Origin: Thermoproteus sp.
Lineage (GTDB): Archaea; Thermoproteota; Thermoprotei; Thermoproteales; Thermoproteaceae
Assembly (NCBI GenBank): GCA_049976425.1
Contig: JBMFIG010000009.1
Location: 1-54,634 of the forward strand
Length of the DNA: 54,634 nt
Reading direction: 5' to 3'
In this document: one piece after another, positions 39,860 to 49,895 of the stretch
Position numbering within the stretch: position 1 is the first letter of the stretch
How the letters are laid out: each line of letters begins with the position of its first letter
Position numbers and translations under genes: made by a program
Notes under the pieces: generated by a model
Database searches by the model: none
What the model saw: only the letters and a program-made list of their open reading frames with translations
Told to the model about the DNA's origin: nothing

Positions 39860-40807
39860 GTGTCAAGCGCGAGGTATATAGCGCGGCGCGCCTTGGAGTA
39901 CCTCGCCATGTGGCTCGCGGCGACCGCCCTCGACTTCGCCGTGCCGAGGCTGGCGCCCTTGACGCCCGTACGAGAGCCCGGCGGCGAGCTGGCCCGCGCC
40001 ATGGGCCTCGGAAAGCCGGTCTACGAGCAGTACTTTATATTCCTCTGGAACGCGGTGCATCTGGACTTGGGGACCTCCCTCTGGCTCTACGGGACCCCGG
40101 TGGCCTATCTGGTGGCGAGGGCGTTGCAGTACGACGTGGTCCTCCTGGCGCCGGCCATACTCATATCCTGGATCCTCGGCAACAGACTCGGCGCGTATTT
40201 GGCCATAGAGAAGAGGGGCACCGCGCTGGACAAGGCAGTAGTGCCGGTCCTATACGCCATGAGCAGCGCGCCCTACTTCTGGTGGGCCCTCCTCCTCGTC
40301 GAGATCTTCTCCGCCGAGCTCCGCCTCCTGCCCCCGACAGGCGTCATCTACTCCAAACTGCCCTCCCTCACGCCGTCGTACGTCGCGGACTTCCTGAGAC
40401 ACCTAGCCACGCCTCTGGCCGCGCTGGTGTTGGCCATGACAGGCGCCTGGGCGCTGAGCATGCGGGAGATCGCCATCTCGGAGCTCAGGAGCGGCTACGT
40501 GGCCTACGAGGAGGCCCTGGGCTTCTCCGGCAGGATCATCAGAGGGCACATACGCAGAAACTCCAGACCGCCGCAGTTGGCCAACCTGGCGGTGTCCCTA
40601 GGCCTCATAGCGTCGGGCAACATGGTGCTCGAGGCCGTGGTGGGGTACCCCGGCGTAGGCGTGTTGCTCTACAACGCGCTCTCCAACTACGACTATGTGT
40701 TGATACAGGGGATATTCTTCGTGGTCGTGTCGCTGATCCTGGCGCTCAACTTCGCGGTGGACGTCGCCACGGCCTTGACAGACCCGAGGGCGGGGCGGCC
40801 GGCGTAG
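39860..40807 (+). CDS. Oligopeptide ABC transporter permease (DppB/OppB), without partner genes here
   Basis: PVYEQY..FL...DLG.S, S.PYFW..L, L.HL..P, E.V.GYPGVG..LY.A....DY.LIQG. Confidence 0.9.
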   Translation: MSSARYIARRALEYLAMWLAATALDFAVPRLAPLTPVREPGGELARAMGLGKPVYEQYFIFLWNAVHLDLGTSLWLYGTPVAYLVARALQYDVVLLAPAILISWILGNRLGAYLAIEKRGTALDKAVVPVLYAMSSAPYFWWALLLVEIFSAELRLLPPTGVIYSKLPSLTPSYVADFLRHLATPLAALVLAMTGAWALSMREIAISELRSGYVAYEEALGFSGRIIRGHIRRNSRPPQLANLAVSLGLIASGNMVLEAVVGYPGVGVLLYNALSNYDYVLIQGIFFVVVSLILALNFAVDVATALTDPRAGRPA

Positions 40808-40860
40808 CCGGGATCGGCGGAGCCTTAAGACATAATAAACCCCCGGAGAAGTGGGGTACC

Positions 40861-42102
40861 ATGGGGTTCGTCTATCCTGACGGCATCATATCCACGGCGG
40901 GGCACGTCGACGCGGGCAAGACCAGCGTGGTGTACGCGTTGTCCGGCGTCTGGGTGGCCCGCCACAGCGAGGAGGTGAAGAAGGCCATGACGATAAAGCT
41001 GGGCTACACCCAGATAGGCGTATACGACTGCCCGGGCTCCGAGTACCCGCTCTCCGACGGCCTTCTGGACAAGGGCAGATGCCCCGACGGATCCGAGCCC
41101 AAATTGTTGCGCAAGATATCCATAGTCGACGTGCCGGGGCACGAGGTCCTCATAGCGACGATGGTGTCGGGCGCCGCCGCGGTGGACGCCGCGCTCATGG
41201 TGATCGACGCCACGATGCCCGTCCCCCAGCCGCAGACCGCGGAGCACTTCGCCGTGCTGGACATAATAGGGGTGAGGAACATGGTGGTGGCCCAGAACAA
41301 GATAGACCTGGTGCCCAAGGAGAAGGCCGTCGAGAACTACAACCAGATAAGGAAGTTCCTGTCGGGGACCTGGGCCCAGAACTCGCCCGTCGTGCCCGTC
41401 TCGGCGCTACATAAGGTCAACATAGACGTGCTCGCCTCCTACGTGGCCAAGATAACCCCCAAGAGGGAGCCCGATCTGTCCAAGCCCGCCCGCATGGCGG
41501 TCTTGAGGAGCTTCAACGTGAACCCGCCGGGGACCCCCGCCGACAAGCTAAGGGGAGGCGTGCTGGGCGGCACTCTGTTGCAGGGGGCCATAAAGCTCGG
41601 CGACGAGGTCGAGATAAGGCCTGGGCTGAAGATAGACAGGCCCGGCGCCAAGTCGCCCTACCAGCCCCTCCTGACCAAGGTGGTGGGGATAGAGTACGGA
41701 GGCGAGAAGGCCGAGGAGGCGAGGCCGGGAGGCCTGGTAGGCCTCATGACCACTCTGGACCCCGCTCTGGCCAAGGCCGACGCCCTGGCAGGCTCCGTGG
41801 TCGGCAAGCCGGGGACGCTCCCGCCCGTCTGGACCTCGCTGGAGCTGGAGGTGAGGGAGCTGCCGAGGATGGGCGAGAAGGCCGAGCCCATGAAGCCCAA
41901 CGAGGTGGTGCTCGTCTCCATAGGCGCCGCGACCGTCTTCGGCGTGGTCCAGTCCGTAAAGAAAGACACCGCCGTCATAGCTCTGAGGAAGGCCGTGTCG
42001 GCTGAGCAGGGCGCCAAGGCCGTCATAACCAGACAGATCAGAAACCGGTGGATCGTCAGCAACTACGGCGTGTTGAAGGGAGGAAACGTTGTGTTGGAGT
42101 AG
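40861..42102 (+). CDS. eif2g: Translation initiation factor 2 gamma subunit
   Basis: GHVDAGKT, HSEE.K..MTIKLGY, DVPGHE.L.ATM.SGA, QNKID, VSAL, RSF.VN.PG. Confidence 0.96.
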   Translation: MGFVYPDGIISTAGHVDAGKTSVVYALSGVWVARHSEEVKKAMTIKLGYTQIGVYDCPGSEYPLSDGLLDKGRCPDGSEPKLLRKISIVDVPGHEVLIATMVSGAAAVDAALMVIDATMPVPQPQTAEHFAVLDIIGVRNMVVAQNKIDLVPKEKAVENYNQIRKFLSGTWAQNSPVVPVSALHKVNIDVLASYVAKITPKREPDLSKPARMAVLRSFNVNPPGTPADKLRGGVLGGTLLQGAIKLGDEVEIRPGLKIDRPGAKSPYQPLLTKVVGIEYGGEKAEEARPGGLVGLMTTLDPALAKADALAGSVVGKPGTLPPVWTSLELEVRELPRMGEKAEPMKPNEVVLVSIGAATVFGVVQSVKKDTAVIALRKAVSAEQGAKAVITRQIRNRWIVSNYGVLKGGNVVLE

Positions 42103-42107
42103 GCCGG

Positions 42108-42974
42108 CTACTCCTTCTTGAAGGGCTTGCCCAAAGCCCTCGGCGGCTTCGCGCGTCCTATGACGCCGGCCACCACCAGGAGGGTCGCTATGTAGGGCAA
42201 CATCCTCGTCACCTCGTACCTAGCCACGCCGAATATCTGCAGCCAGTAGGAGAACGCGTCGAAGAAGCCGAAGATCAAGGCGCCTGCTATAGCCAGCAAC
42301 GGGTTCCAGTTGGCGAAGACCACGTCAGCCAGCGCGATGAAGCCTCTGCCGGCCGATATGTCCTTGGTGACCACCGATAGGTACGCCAGGCTCAGGTAGG
42401 CGCCGCCGAGGCTGGCCAACGAGGCGCCGACCGCGGTCGAGAACAGCCTGATCTTGTAGACGTCTATCCCCGCGCTGTACGCCGCCTCGGGGTCCTCGCC
42501 CACAGCCCTTATCGCCACGCCCAGCCTGGTCCTGGTCAGTATATACCACATGGCGCCCGCCACCGCGAAGGCCAGCACAGTCATGGCGTTGACGTCCACC
42601 AGAGCCCACGAAGGCGTCTGTTTATACCCCGCGACGTGCCACACGGCCTGTATGCCGTAGGCCACCAGGCCGGCCCCGAAGAGGTTCATGGCGACGCCGG
42701 CGACCAGCTGGTCGCCTCTGATGTAGACCGCTATGGCCCCGTGGAGGAGGCCCAGCAGGAGGCCGACGGCCCACGCCGCGGCCACGCCGGCCAGGCCGGA
42801 GCCCGCGAAATCGCCCACGAGGACGCCCACGAAGGCCCCTATCAGCATAAGGCCCTCCAGGCCTATGTTGACCACGCCGCTCCTCTCGGCCAGTATCTCG
42901 CCGACAGCCGCCAGGAGTATCGGCACCGACGCGTGTATCGTCTGGGTCAGGAGAACTAACGCCGCCTCCTCCAT
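42108..42974 (-). CDS. Nucleoside ABC transporter permease 2
   Basis: ERSGVVNIGLEG.ML, G..IRAVGE.P.AA...GI, AGRGFIALA, MLPY..T. Confidence 0.92.
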   Translation of the reverse strand: MEEAALVLLTQTIHASVPILLAAVGEILAERSGVVNIGLEGLMLIGAFVGVLVGDFAGSGLAGVAAAWAVGLLLGLLHGAIAVYIRGDQLVAGVAMNLFGAGLVAYGIQAVWHVAGYKQTPSWALVDVNAMTVLAFAVAGAMWYILTRTRLGVAIRAVGEDPEAAYSAGIDVYKIRLFSTAVGASLASLGGAYLSLAYLSVVTKDISAGRGFIALADVVFANWNPLLAIAGALIFGFFDAFSYWLQIFGVARYEVTRMLPYIATLLVVAGVIGRAKPPRALGKPFKKE

Positions 42975-43963
42975 AGCTCCAACATCCTAACAGCTATCAC
43001 CATTATCATGATGCCCTGCAACATCTTCACGAACTCGAAGGGCGTCATGGCTATGGCCTGCATGTGGCGCGCCCCCTCCTCCATGAGCCCCAAGAAGAGC
43101 GCCGCCAGTAGGGTCCCCAAGGGGTTCCCCCGCCCCAACATGGCGGCGGTTATCCCGTCGAAGCCGAGGCCGTAGACGTTGGCTAGGTTCGTCGCCAGGC
43201 TGTAGGACGGCGGCATGGCGACTACCTGCAAGACGCCGGCGATCCCCGACATGACGCCGCCGAGAAGGAAGGAGTACACGACGACCTTGGACTGGGGTAT
43301 CCCCGCTATCCTCGCGGCCGTCGGGTTGAGCCCAGCCGCCGTCAGCTCGTAGCCCACCACGGACCTCTCCAGAAGCCAGTAGACGAAGACCGCGGCCGCC
43401 ACCGCCACGAAGAAGCCGGCGGTCAGGCTGGTGCCCGGAATAAGCGGGGTGAGCCTCGCGGGAGGCGGCACCTTTATGGTCTCGGACGGCTGCATGGGGT
43501 TGGAGAACGTAGTGGAGGCCTCCATTATGACGAGCCAGTACGCTATCCAGTTCATCATTATGGTGCTGACCACCTCGTTGACTCCCCTATAGGCCTTGAG
43601 GAGGGCCGGCACCATGGCCCAGGCGACGGCCAGCGAGATGCCCACGGCGAAGGAGAGGGGCAGGGCCAGAGCCGAGGCGGCCAGATAGGAGGCTATGACA
43701 GCCCCGAGAGCTCCCATGTACGTCTGCCCCTCGGCCCCTATGTTGAACAGCCCCGCCTTGAGGCCCAAGGCGAAGGTCAAGCCCGTCAGTATTATGGGCA
43801 TCGCGGTGGCCAACGCCGAGGTTATGTAGACCACGTCCGTGAACGGCACCACGAACATGGAGTAATAGACCAGAGCCGGGCTGTAGCCGGACGCGTAGGC
43901 GACGACGGCCCCGACCGCGATGGCGACGGCGAGGGACAGAAGGGAGTCCAGAAGGCCCCTCAT
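42956..43963 (-). CDS. Nucleoside ABC transporter permease 1
   Basis: GLFNIGAEGQ, VNEVVSTIMMNWIA, G.NP.AAR.AGI, GFDGI..A.LG. Confidence 0.92.
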   Translation of the reverse strand: MRGLLDSLLSLAVAIAVGAVVAYASGYSPALVYYSMFVVPFTDVVYITSALATAMPIILTGLTFALGLKAGLFNIGAEGQTYMGALGAVIASYLAASALALPLSFAVGISLAVAWAMVPALLKAYRGVNEVVSTIMMNWIAYWLVIMEASTTFSNPMQPSETIKVPPPARLTPLIPGTSLTAGFFVAVAAAVFVYWLLERSVVGYELTAAGLNPTAARIAGIPQSKVVVYSFLLGGVMSGIAGVLQVVAMPPSYSLATNLANVYGLGFDGITAAMLGRGNPLGTLLAALFLGLMEEGARHMQAIAMTPFEFVKMLQGIMIMVIAVRMLELWRRRR

Positions 43964-45393
43964 AGCCCCGCCATGGCGCGCCCTATCTCGTCGATGGAGG
44001 CCTCCCGCGCGGGCTTGCTCAATACGATCCTCCCGCGGTAGATCACCGAGACCGAGTCGGCCAGCTTCAAGGCCTCGTCTAGGTCGCTGCTGACGAGCAG
44101 GACGCCGGCCCCCGCGTTCCTCGCGTCCATCAACAGCTTGTGCACGTACTCGGTCGTCGCCACGTCGAGGCCCCGCGTGGGCTGGTGCGCGATGATGAGG
44201 TCCGCCCTCTTGCTCAGCTCCCTTCCCACAACCAGCTTCTGCTGGTTCCCGCCCGACAGGGACCTCGCCGGGGCGTCGGGGCCCGGCGCCACTATGGAGA
44301 ACTCCTCTATGAGCTTCGCCGCGAAGCGCCTGGCGCCCGCCCAGTCGAAGAGGCCCGCCCTCGAGAACCTCCTGTGCACCCCCAACACGGCGTTGTGGAC
44401 CAGCGGCAGGTCCAGCACCAGGGCTCTGCCGTGTCTGTCGTCAGGGATGTAGGCGACCGGCCCGGCGACCCTCACCGACCCCCTCGCCGGCTTGCGCAAG
44501 CCGACGAGGACGTCGACAAGGGCCTCCTGCCCGTTGCCCTCGACGCCCACCAGCGCGTGTATCTCCCGCCCCCTCACCGACAGGTCGACGCCCTGCAGTA
44601 GCGGCCGCCCCCTCTCGTAGACCCAGAGGTCCTCCACCGACAGCACAGCGCCGCCCGGCTCCCCCTCCCGCTCGAGAGGCCACGTCTTGAGCTTGCCCAC
44701 CATCGCCTCCACCAGCACGTCGGGGCTGACCGACGGCGGGAACTCGCCCACCTTCTCCCCCCTCCGCAACACCGCTATTCTGTCCGCTATGGGCAAGACC
44801 TCCGGGATCTTGTGGGTGATGAAGACCACCGTCCTCCCCTCAGCCTTGAGCCGCCTCACCACGTCCAGAAGGCTCTTTATCTCGGGAGGCGAGAGGAGCG
44901 ACGTGGGCTCGTCCAAGATCAACACCCTGGCGCCGAGGTACAAGGCCTTGACTATCTCCACCCTCTGCCTGATCCCCAGAGGCAGCTCGCCCACAGGCCG
45001 GTCCCAATCCACCTCGAACCCCAGAGACCTGGCTATCGCCTCGACCTTGCCCCTGAGGGATCTCGTTATGCCCCCCAGAGAGGGCCCCTCCAGGAGGGCG
45101 ATGTTCTCCAGAGGCGTCAGCTCGTCCACGAGGGACAGGTGTTGGTGGACCATGGCTATGCCCGCCTTGAGGGCGTCCCTGGCGCTCTTGAACTTGACGG
45201 GCCTCCCGCCGACCTCCACAACGCCCTTGGTCGGCTCGTATATACCCGACAAGATCTTCATGAGGGTGGTCTTCCCCGCCCCGTTCTCCCCCAAAAGGCC
45301 GAGGACCTCGCCCGGCTTGAGGTCGAGGGAGACGCCCCTAAGGGCGTAGGTGCCGTCTGGAAAAACCTTGTGTATTTCTTTAAGAGATATCAT
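43960..45393 (-). CDS. Nucleoside ABC transporter ATP-binding protein (two NBDs)
   Basis: GENGAGKTT, ILDEPT, LSGGNQQK, QPTRGLD; start at ATG 45393 coupled to the BMP stop. Confidence 0.94.
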   Translation of the reverse strand: MISLKEIHKVFPDGTYALRGVSLDLKPGEVLGLLGENGAGKTTLMKILSGIYEPTKGVVEVGGRPVKFKSARDALKAGIAMVHQHLSLVDELTPLENIALLEGPSLGGITRSLRGKVEAIARSLGFEVDWDRPVGELPLGIRQRVEIVKALYLGARVLILDEPTSLLSPPEIKSLLDVVRRLKAEGRTVVFITHKIPEVLPIADRIAVLRRGEKVGEFPPSVSPDVLVEAMVGKLKTWPLEREGEPGGAVLSVEDLWVYERGRPLLQGVDLSVRGREIHALVGVEGNGQEALVDVLVGLRKPARGSVRVAGPVAYIPDDRHGRALVLDLPLVHNAVLGVHRRFSRAGLFDWAGARRFAAKLIEEFSIVAPGPDAPARSLSGGNQQKLVVGRELSKRADLIIAHQPTRGLDVATTEYVHKLLMDARNAGAGVLLVSSDLDEALKLADSVSVIYRGRIVLSKPAREASIDEIGRAMAGL

Positions 45394-46643
45394 CAGCCGG
45401 AGCCCACCAGGCCCAGCTGTTGCCTGTACCGGAGCAGCTGGTCGCGGGTGGTCGGAAGCGGGACCTGCACCTTGCCCGATATTATGTCCTGCTTCAGCTG
45501 GTCGACCGCCTGCCATATCCACTGCGGTATCGAGTCGCGCATCTGCTTCACCTTCTGGATTATCTGCTGTGCGTCGGACGCCTTGACCGCGCCCGCTTGT
45601 ATGCCCAGTTGCAGGAACTGGTTCAAGTCGTCCAGAGTGCTGACCGACACGCCGCCCTCCTTGAGGCCCAGGAGCATCAAGCCGCCGCTGAAGTTCCCGC
45701 TCACGGCCATCTGCGCAGCCTTATAGACGGCGACGTCCACGCGCTTCATCATGGAGGCCAGGATAAAGCCGGGCTTTATGTAGTCCTGATCCGCGTCGAC
45801 CCCGATCGCGAAGGGCGGCCCCATGGTCCTCCCAGCCGCCTGGCCCGCCTCGGCAACCGCGTCGAAGACGCCGAGACCCGTCGCGCCCGCCGCCTGGTAT
45901 ATCACGCAGACCCCCTGCGCCAACATGGCCTGCGCCGCCTGCTTCCCCTTAGCCGGGTCGTTGAAGGAGCCGGTGTAGACGTAGTATATAGTGAACGTAA
46001 CGTTCTTGCCGAAGTGCTCGGCGATGTACCTCTGGGCCCACCTCACGCCGTAGGCGTACCCGATCTCGAACTTCCACAGGACGGGTATGTCCATGCCCAG
46101 CACGATGCCCACCTTCGTGCAGTTGAAGTAGTAGGCCGTGAGAGCCGCCAGGGCCCCCACCAGGGCGCTGCCCTCGTTCTCCTTGAACTGTATAGAGAGC
46201 ACGTTCGTCCTATTGGGCACGTAGCCGTCTATTATGGCGAAGCGCACGTTGGGGTACTCCTTAGACGCCTCGGCCACCGCGTCGGTCATCAAGAAGCCCA
46301 CCGCCACGACGAGAGTCGGGTTGCTCCTAGCCGCAAGCCTCAGGTTGGGCAGGTAGTCGTCCTGCGTCTTGCTCTGCAGCTCCACCAGCTGGAGGCCGAA
46401 ATCGCGGGCGGCCCTGGAGGCGCCTAGATACGCCATGTCGTTGAACGAGAGATCCCCGCGGCCCCCTATGTCGTAGATCACGTAAACGGCGCCCTTGGAG
46501 GCGGACTGCGCCGACGACGTCTGTTGGGCCGGCTGCGAGGTGCCCGCCCCTCCTCCGCCGCCCCTCTGGGCCATATATACCGCGGCCGCCGCTATAATCA
46601 CTACGACTACCGCTATTATTATTCCCAGAAGTTTGGCGTTCAT
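45393..46643 (-). CDS. BMP-family nucleoside ABC substrate-binding protein
   Basis: N-terminal TM anchor; GG.GD.SFND, F.ENEGS.L.G, GSF.DP.KG, QAAG.TG.GV, IGVD.DQ, SMMKRVD. Confidence 0.94.
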   Translation of the reverse strand: MNAKLLGIIIAVVVVIIAAAAVYMAQRGGGGGAGTSQPAQQTSSAQSASKGAVYVIYDIGGRGDLSFNDMAYLGASRAARDFGLQLVELQSKTQDDYLPNLRLAARSNPTLVVAVGFLMTDAVAEASKEYPNVRFAIIDGYVPNRTNVLSIQFKENEGSALVGALAALTAYYFNCTKVGIVLGMDIPVLWKFEIGYAYGVRWAQRYIAEHFGKNVTFTIYYVYTGSFNDPAKGKQAAQAMLAQGVCVIYQAAGATGLGVFDAVAEAGQAAGRTMGPPFAIGVDADQDYIKPGFILASMMKRVDVAVYKAAQMAVSGNFSGGLMLLGLKEGGVSVSTLDDLNQFLQLGIQAGAVKASDAQQIIQKVKQMRDSIPQWIWQAVDQLKQDIISGKVQVPLPTTRDQLLRYRQQLGLVGSG

Positions 46644-46754
46644 ACGTCGGCAGAAATAGATCTTAAAAATAGTTCTGGTATAATATCGCGATAATACAAA
46701 AGCCGCCGACCGGAGGCCCCGAGGCGGGAGCAGGCGCTACGCGCGGGCGGAGGC

Positions 46755-47303
46755 CTAGCGCGGCCGGGCGGCGACAAGCCACCTCTCCAGCCCCCGCGCC
46801 CTCTCGACAGCCCTCTCGGCGCTTTCCCTCAGCCTTTTGTAAAGCCTACGCCGGTCCTCCCCACACGCCGGAGCCAGCTTCTCGGCGATAGACAGAAGGG
46901 CGGAGGCCGAGTACTCGGCCCGGTAGAAGCCGAAAGGCGTCTTGAGGACCAACAAGCCCCCGCGCACCTCCACCTCGACGGGGCACCTCTCGGCCGGCCC
47001 CAAGGCGGCCAGAGCCCTCCCGGTGAGCCTGTAGACCACGCGCCGCCTCCCCCTGACGTCCCTCACCCCCTTGTCGAGCATGCCCAGCTCCACGGCGATC
47101 CCCAGCAGGTACTCGACCCCGCCCCCGTAGATCCCCTCCAGACGCTCCAGAGGCGCCTCCCCGCCCAACGCCGCCACGGCCTTGACCAGACGCCACACGG
47201 AGCCCAGGTTCACCAGCTCCACACGAGGCCGCCAACACGGGCCTATATCAGCTACGGTGATCGCGGAGACAGTAGAGGGAGAGTTCACAGGAAGTATCGG
47301 CAA
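46755..47303 (-). CDS. Hypothetical protein with winged-helix-like N-terminal half (start uncertain)
   Basis: LERLEGIYGGGVEYLLGIAVELGML.KG...RRRVVYRLT wHTH-like pattern. Confidence 0.6.
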   Translation of the reverse strand: MPILPVNSPSTVSAITVADIGPCWRPRVELVNLGSVWRLVKAVAALGGEAPLERLEGIYGGGVEYLLGIAVELGMLDKGVRDVRGRRRVVYRLTGRALAALGPAERCPVEVEVRGGLLVLKTPFGFYRAEYSASALLSIAEKLAPACGEDRRRLYKRLRESAERAVERARGLERWLVAARPR

Positions 47304-47366
47304 GGCGGCCCCCGTCCGCGTACCCCCTAGATACCGGCCGCCCCTTCGGCGGGATCCGCCGCCAGT

Positions 47367-48842
47367 CTAGCCGGACAACAGTTGCGCTGTCCGGCCCTCC
47401 CTGCACAGATCGCCCAGCTCGACGGTCGAGCCCCTCACCCTCACCGCAGACCTGCCGTATAACTTCTCGGTCCTCTCCGCAAAGGCGTCGACGCAGTCCG
47501 CCCTAATGGCCTTGGCGCAAGCCTCGTCGACTCCCGCCAGGATCTCCCTGACGATGGCCTTGAAAGCCGCGGATCTTACGAGCTCGCTCCTGGTAGGCCT
47601 CGGCTTCTCTCTGAAGATCTCCCGTAGCTTTTCGCAGAACGCCGGCTGTTTGGGCTCGGGTTTCTTCAAGCCGATCTTCTGGAGGACCTCAGCCGCAATG
47701 GCCCTGGCCATTATGGCCAACACCCCGCGGTAGACGTCGTCTCCGCGGTTCCTGAGATGCGCGAGTCCCTGCACGAGCTGGTGCACGTCGGCCCTTACGT
47801 GTATCTCGTTCTTGACGCCTACGGGCTCTGGGGATATCGTGACGTAGATCGTATCGCAACCGGCGTGTTGGAGGACGTTGACCCCTCTCGCGTCGGCCCT
47901 CACCTTCACCTCTATACACCTTCCGTCGTCTGTGTACACGTCCGGCCTGCTAGGTCCCTGGTACCTCCCCTCCTTTACGTTGCTCCGAATCGCGTTCACC
48001 ACGGCATCGTGTAGCTCCCGCTCAACCTGCACGTCGGCCGCCCGCTTCTTTGCCCCTTCGGACGCCCCGAACACAAAAGTTATCACATGCCTGAAGTTGT
48101 AGCCGCTCCTCAACATCTCGACGCCGGTCTGCGCTACGAAGCGGTCGAGCTGGACTCCGCAAGCCAGCCTCCTGACAAACTCCTCGGCATCCTTCTCGAA
48201 GCCAGGCGCCAGCGCAATTCTGTCAAACCACCTCACGACGTGGTACTTCTCGAGCGCTCCGCGCCCCACGCGGCTCAGGAACGAGTTCCAGTCCCCTTGG
48301 TAGTGCGCTGTTATTACTACGTGGGTCGCGAACCCCGGCATTTCGGCGAGCCTCTTAAGCATGATCTCGGTTTCTTTGGCCAATTTGCTGTCGTTGCCCA
48401 GAGAGTCAAGCGGATACTCGTCCAAGAGAACCAACAGATGTATCTGCCTCTCCAACGCCACAGCCGCGGCCTGGAGGACGTAGAGGACGCAGACGGGGTC
48501 CTTACACCCGACGTCCCTCCCCAACACATCGTGTATCCACCTGTATACGGCCGAACCGAGCTTGTACTCGAGCTGTTCGGCGAACTCAGACGCTTTCTGG
48601 GGATCGCCCTGCATCTGCTCCAGCACGGTGGGCCACCGCCTGCCGTATTCCGACGCGAGCTGGTAGAGGAGGTACGTCTTGCCGCTACCCGGCGGAGCCG
48701 CCACCACGACCAGAGAGAGCTGGCCCTCCTCCATGTACGCGGAGACCGCGTTGTAGACGTCGGTAACCAGCTTGCCGAACTGGCTCACGAACTGCTCGTA
48801 CTGCAGGAGGCCAGATATGCTGTAAGGCGGCGGGCAACGCAT
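47367..48842 (-). CDS. P-loop (AAA/STAND-like) ATPase fused to a PD-(D/E)xK nuclease-like domain
   Basis: Walker A APPGSGKT, Walker B LLVLLDE, later RPDVYTDDGRCIEVK; ATG 48842 follows the upstream stop (ORF extends to 48893). Confidence 0.75.
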   Translation of the reverse strand: MRCPPPYSISGLLQYEQFVSQFGKLVTDVYNAVSAYMEEGQLSLVVVAAPPGSGKTYLLYQLASEYGRRWPTVLEQMQGDPQKASEFAEQLEYKLGSAVYRWIHDVLGRDVGCKDPVCVLYVLQAAAVALERQIHLLVLLDEYPLDSLGNDSKLAKETEIMLKRLAEMPGFATHVVITAHYQGDWNSFLSRVGRGALEKYHVVRWFDRIALAPGFEKDAEEFVRRLACGVQLDRFVAQTGVEMLRSGYNFRHVITFVFGASEGAKKRAADVQVERELHDAVVNAIRSNVKEGRYQGPSRPDVYTDDGRCIEVKVRADARGVNVLQHAGCDTIYVTISPEPVGVKNEIHVRADVHQLVQGLAHLRNRGDDVYRGVLAIMARAIAAEVLQKIGLKKPEPKQPAFCEKLREIFREKPRPTRSELVRSAAFKAIVREILAGVDEACAKAIRADCVDAFAERTEKLYGRSAVRVRGSTVELGDLCREGRTAQLLSG

Positions 48843-48847
48843 GCGCC

Positions 48848-49330
48848 TCAACACCAGGGAGGCGAGTGGACCAAATAGCCTCCGTACGCCCACACAACCG
48901 CCGCGGGGAACCCGCTCGCCACAGCCTTGGCGTCGGGATCGTCCGGAGGGAGCCTGCCCCCATCGGCCTTCAGCCAGGCCCGTATATAGCTGTCGAGGAC
49001 CTCCTCAGGCACGCCCTTCCTCAATGCGGCCGCCCTTATCAAGTCCTCGGCCTGCCTATACGCTCTCCTAATCTCCTCGTCAAGCCCGGCCACGTCCAGC
49101 GCATGGCAACCGAAGAGCTGGACGGCCATCACCAAGGCGCGGCCCCCTATCCTCGCGCTGACAGCCTCGGCGTTCCCCACCCTCCACCTCTTCCTGACAG
49201 CCGCGTTGGCGATCAGATCCTCGGCCGCCGACCTGGCGACCCTAGCCGACAGAGGCCGTCCGTTGGGGGTCGGCAGATACGCGACAACAGTAGCGCTCCT
49301 CTTCCTAAGATAGATCACCAATGTGTACAC
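48848..49330 (-). CDS. Hypothetical protein
   Basis: 160 aa; first gene of an apparent 3-gene minus-strand cassette; TTTTAT box upstream. Confidence 0.65.
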   Translation of the reverse strand: MYTLVIYLRKRSATVVAYLPTPNGRPLSARVARSAAEDLIANAAVRKRWRVGNAEAVSARIGGRALVMAVQLFGCHALDVAGLDEEIRRAYRQAEDLIRAAALRKGVPEEVLDSYIRAWLKADGGRLPPDDPDAKAVASGFPAAVVWAYGGYLVHSPPWC

Positions 49331-49895
49331 GGTCTGAGATGCGAGGAGAATAAAAATACATGAGATTCCACGAGGGCTAGGATCAGGTAGACGCCTCTGA
49401 GCTTATACCGGATTCCTCGGCCGAATACCGGAACGTAGACGTCCTCTCTCCAGCGGCTTTAAGCGATCTCGGCTCTTCAGATCGGCCGTGGAGGCCGGAG
49501 TAGACGCGGTGTCCATGACAGACGCTTGCGCGAGGCTTAATCGCTGGCCAGGCGTTGGAGACATATAGGCAACATGGCCTCGACCGCAAGCTCTCCGAGC
49601 CAAGGTGGCGGATGCGGAGAAGGAAATCGCAGTAGAGAAGGAGGTCAAGCTCTATAAAGGCGGTAGCAGAATAAAAGGCTACATGAACATAACCTCAGCT
49701 GGCAGAGGGCGGACAGGAGGCGGACTATATACGCGCCGACCCGTGGAGGCGCCGGGCGTTGAGAGGTGAGCGAGAAAGGAGAGGCAGATACACCTCGCGG
49801 GCGGGGCGTTCTATGCCTTGACGAGGCTTGAGCCCGTCTGCAAGTCGGTAGGGCTTTGCTGAGAGGCCCGCAACGACCAGGCAGGATAAGAGCGA

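Noticed and set aside
39910-40860. 730-aa ORF suggesting a long N-terminal extension of aIF2-gamma
   Set aside because: The extension overlaps dppB in another frame and has Arg/Gly/Pro-rich shadow composition; the real start is ATG 40861 with its own TATA-like box
45420-46427. Long antisense and alternative-frame ORFs (e.g. 335 aa here, also 13029-13883 and 32823-33656)
   Set aside because: Shadow ORFs of well-supported genes caused by high third-position GC; no motifs of their own
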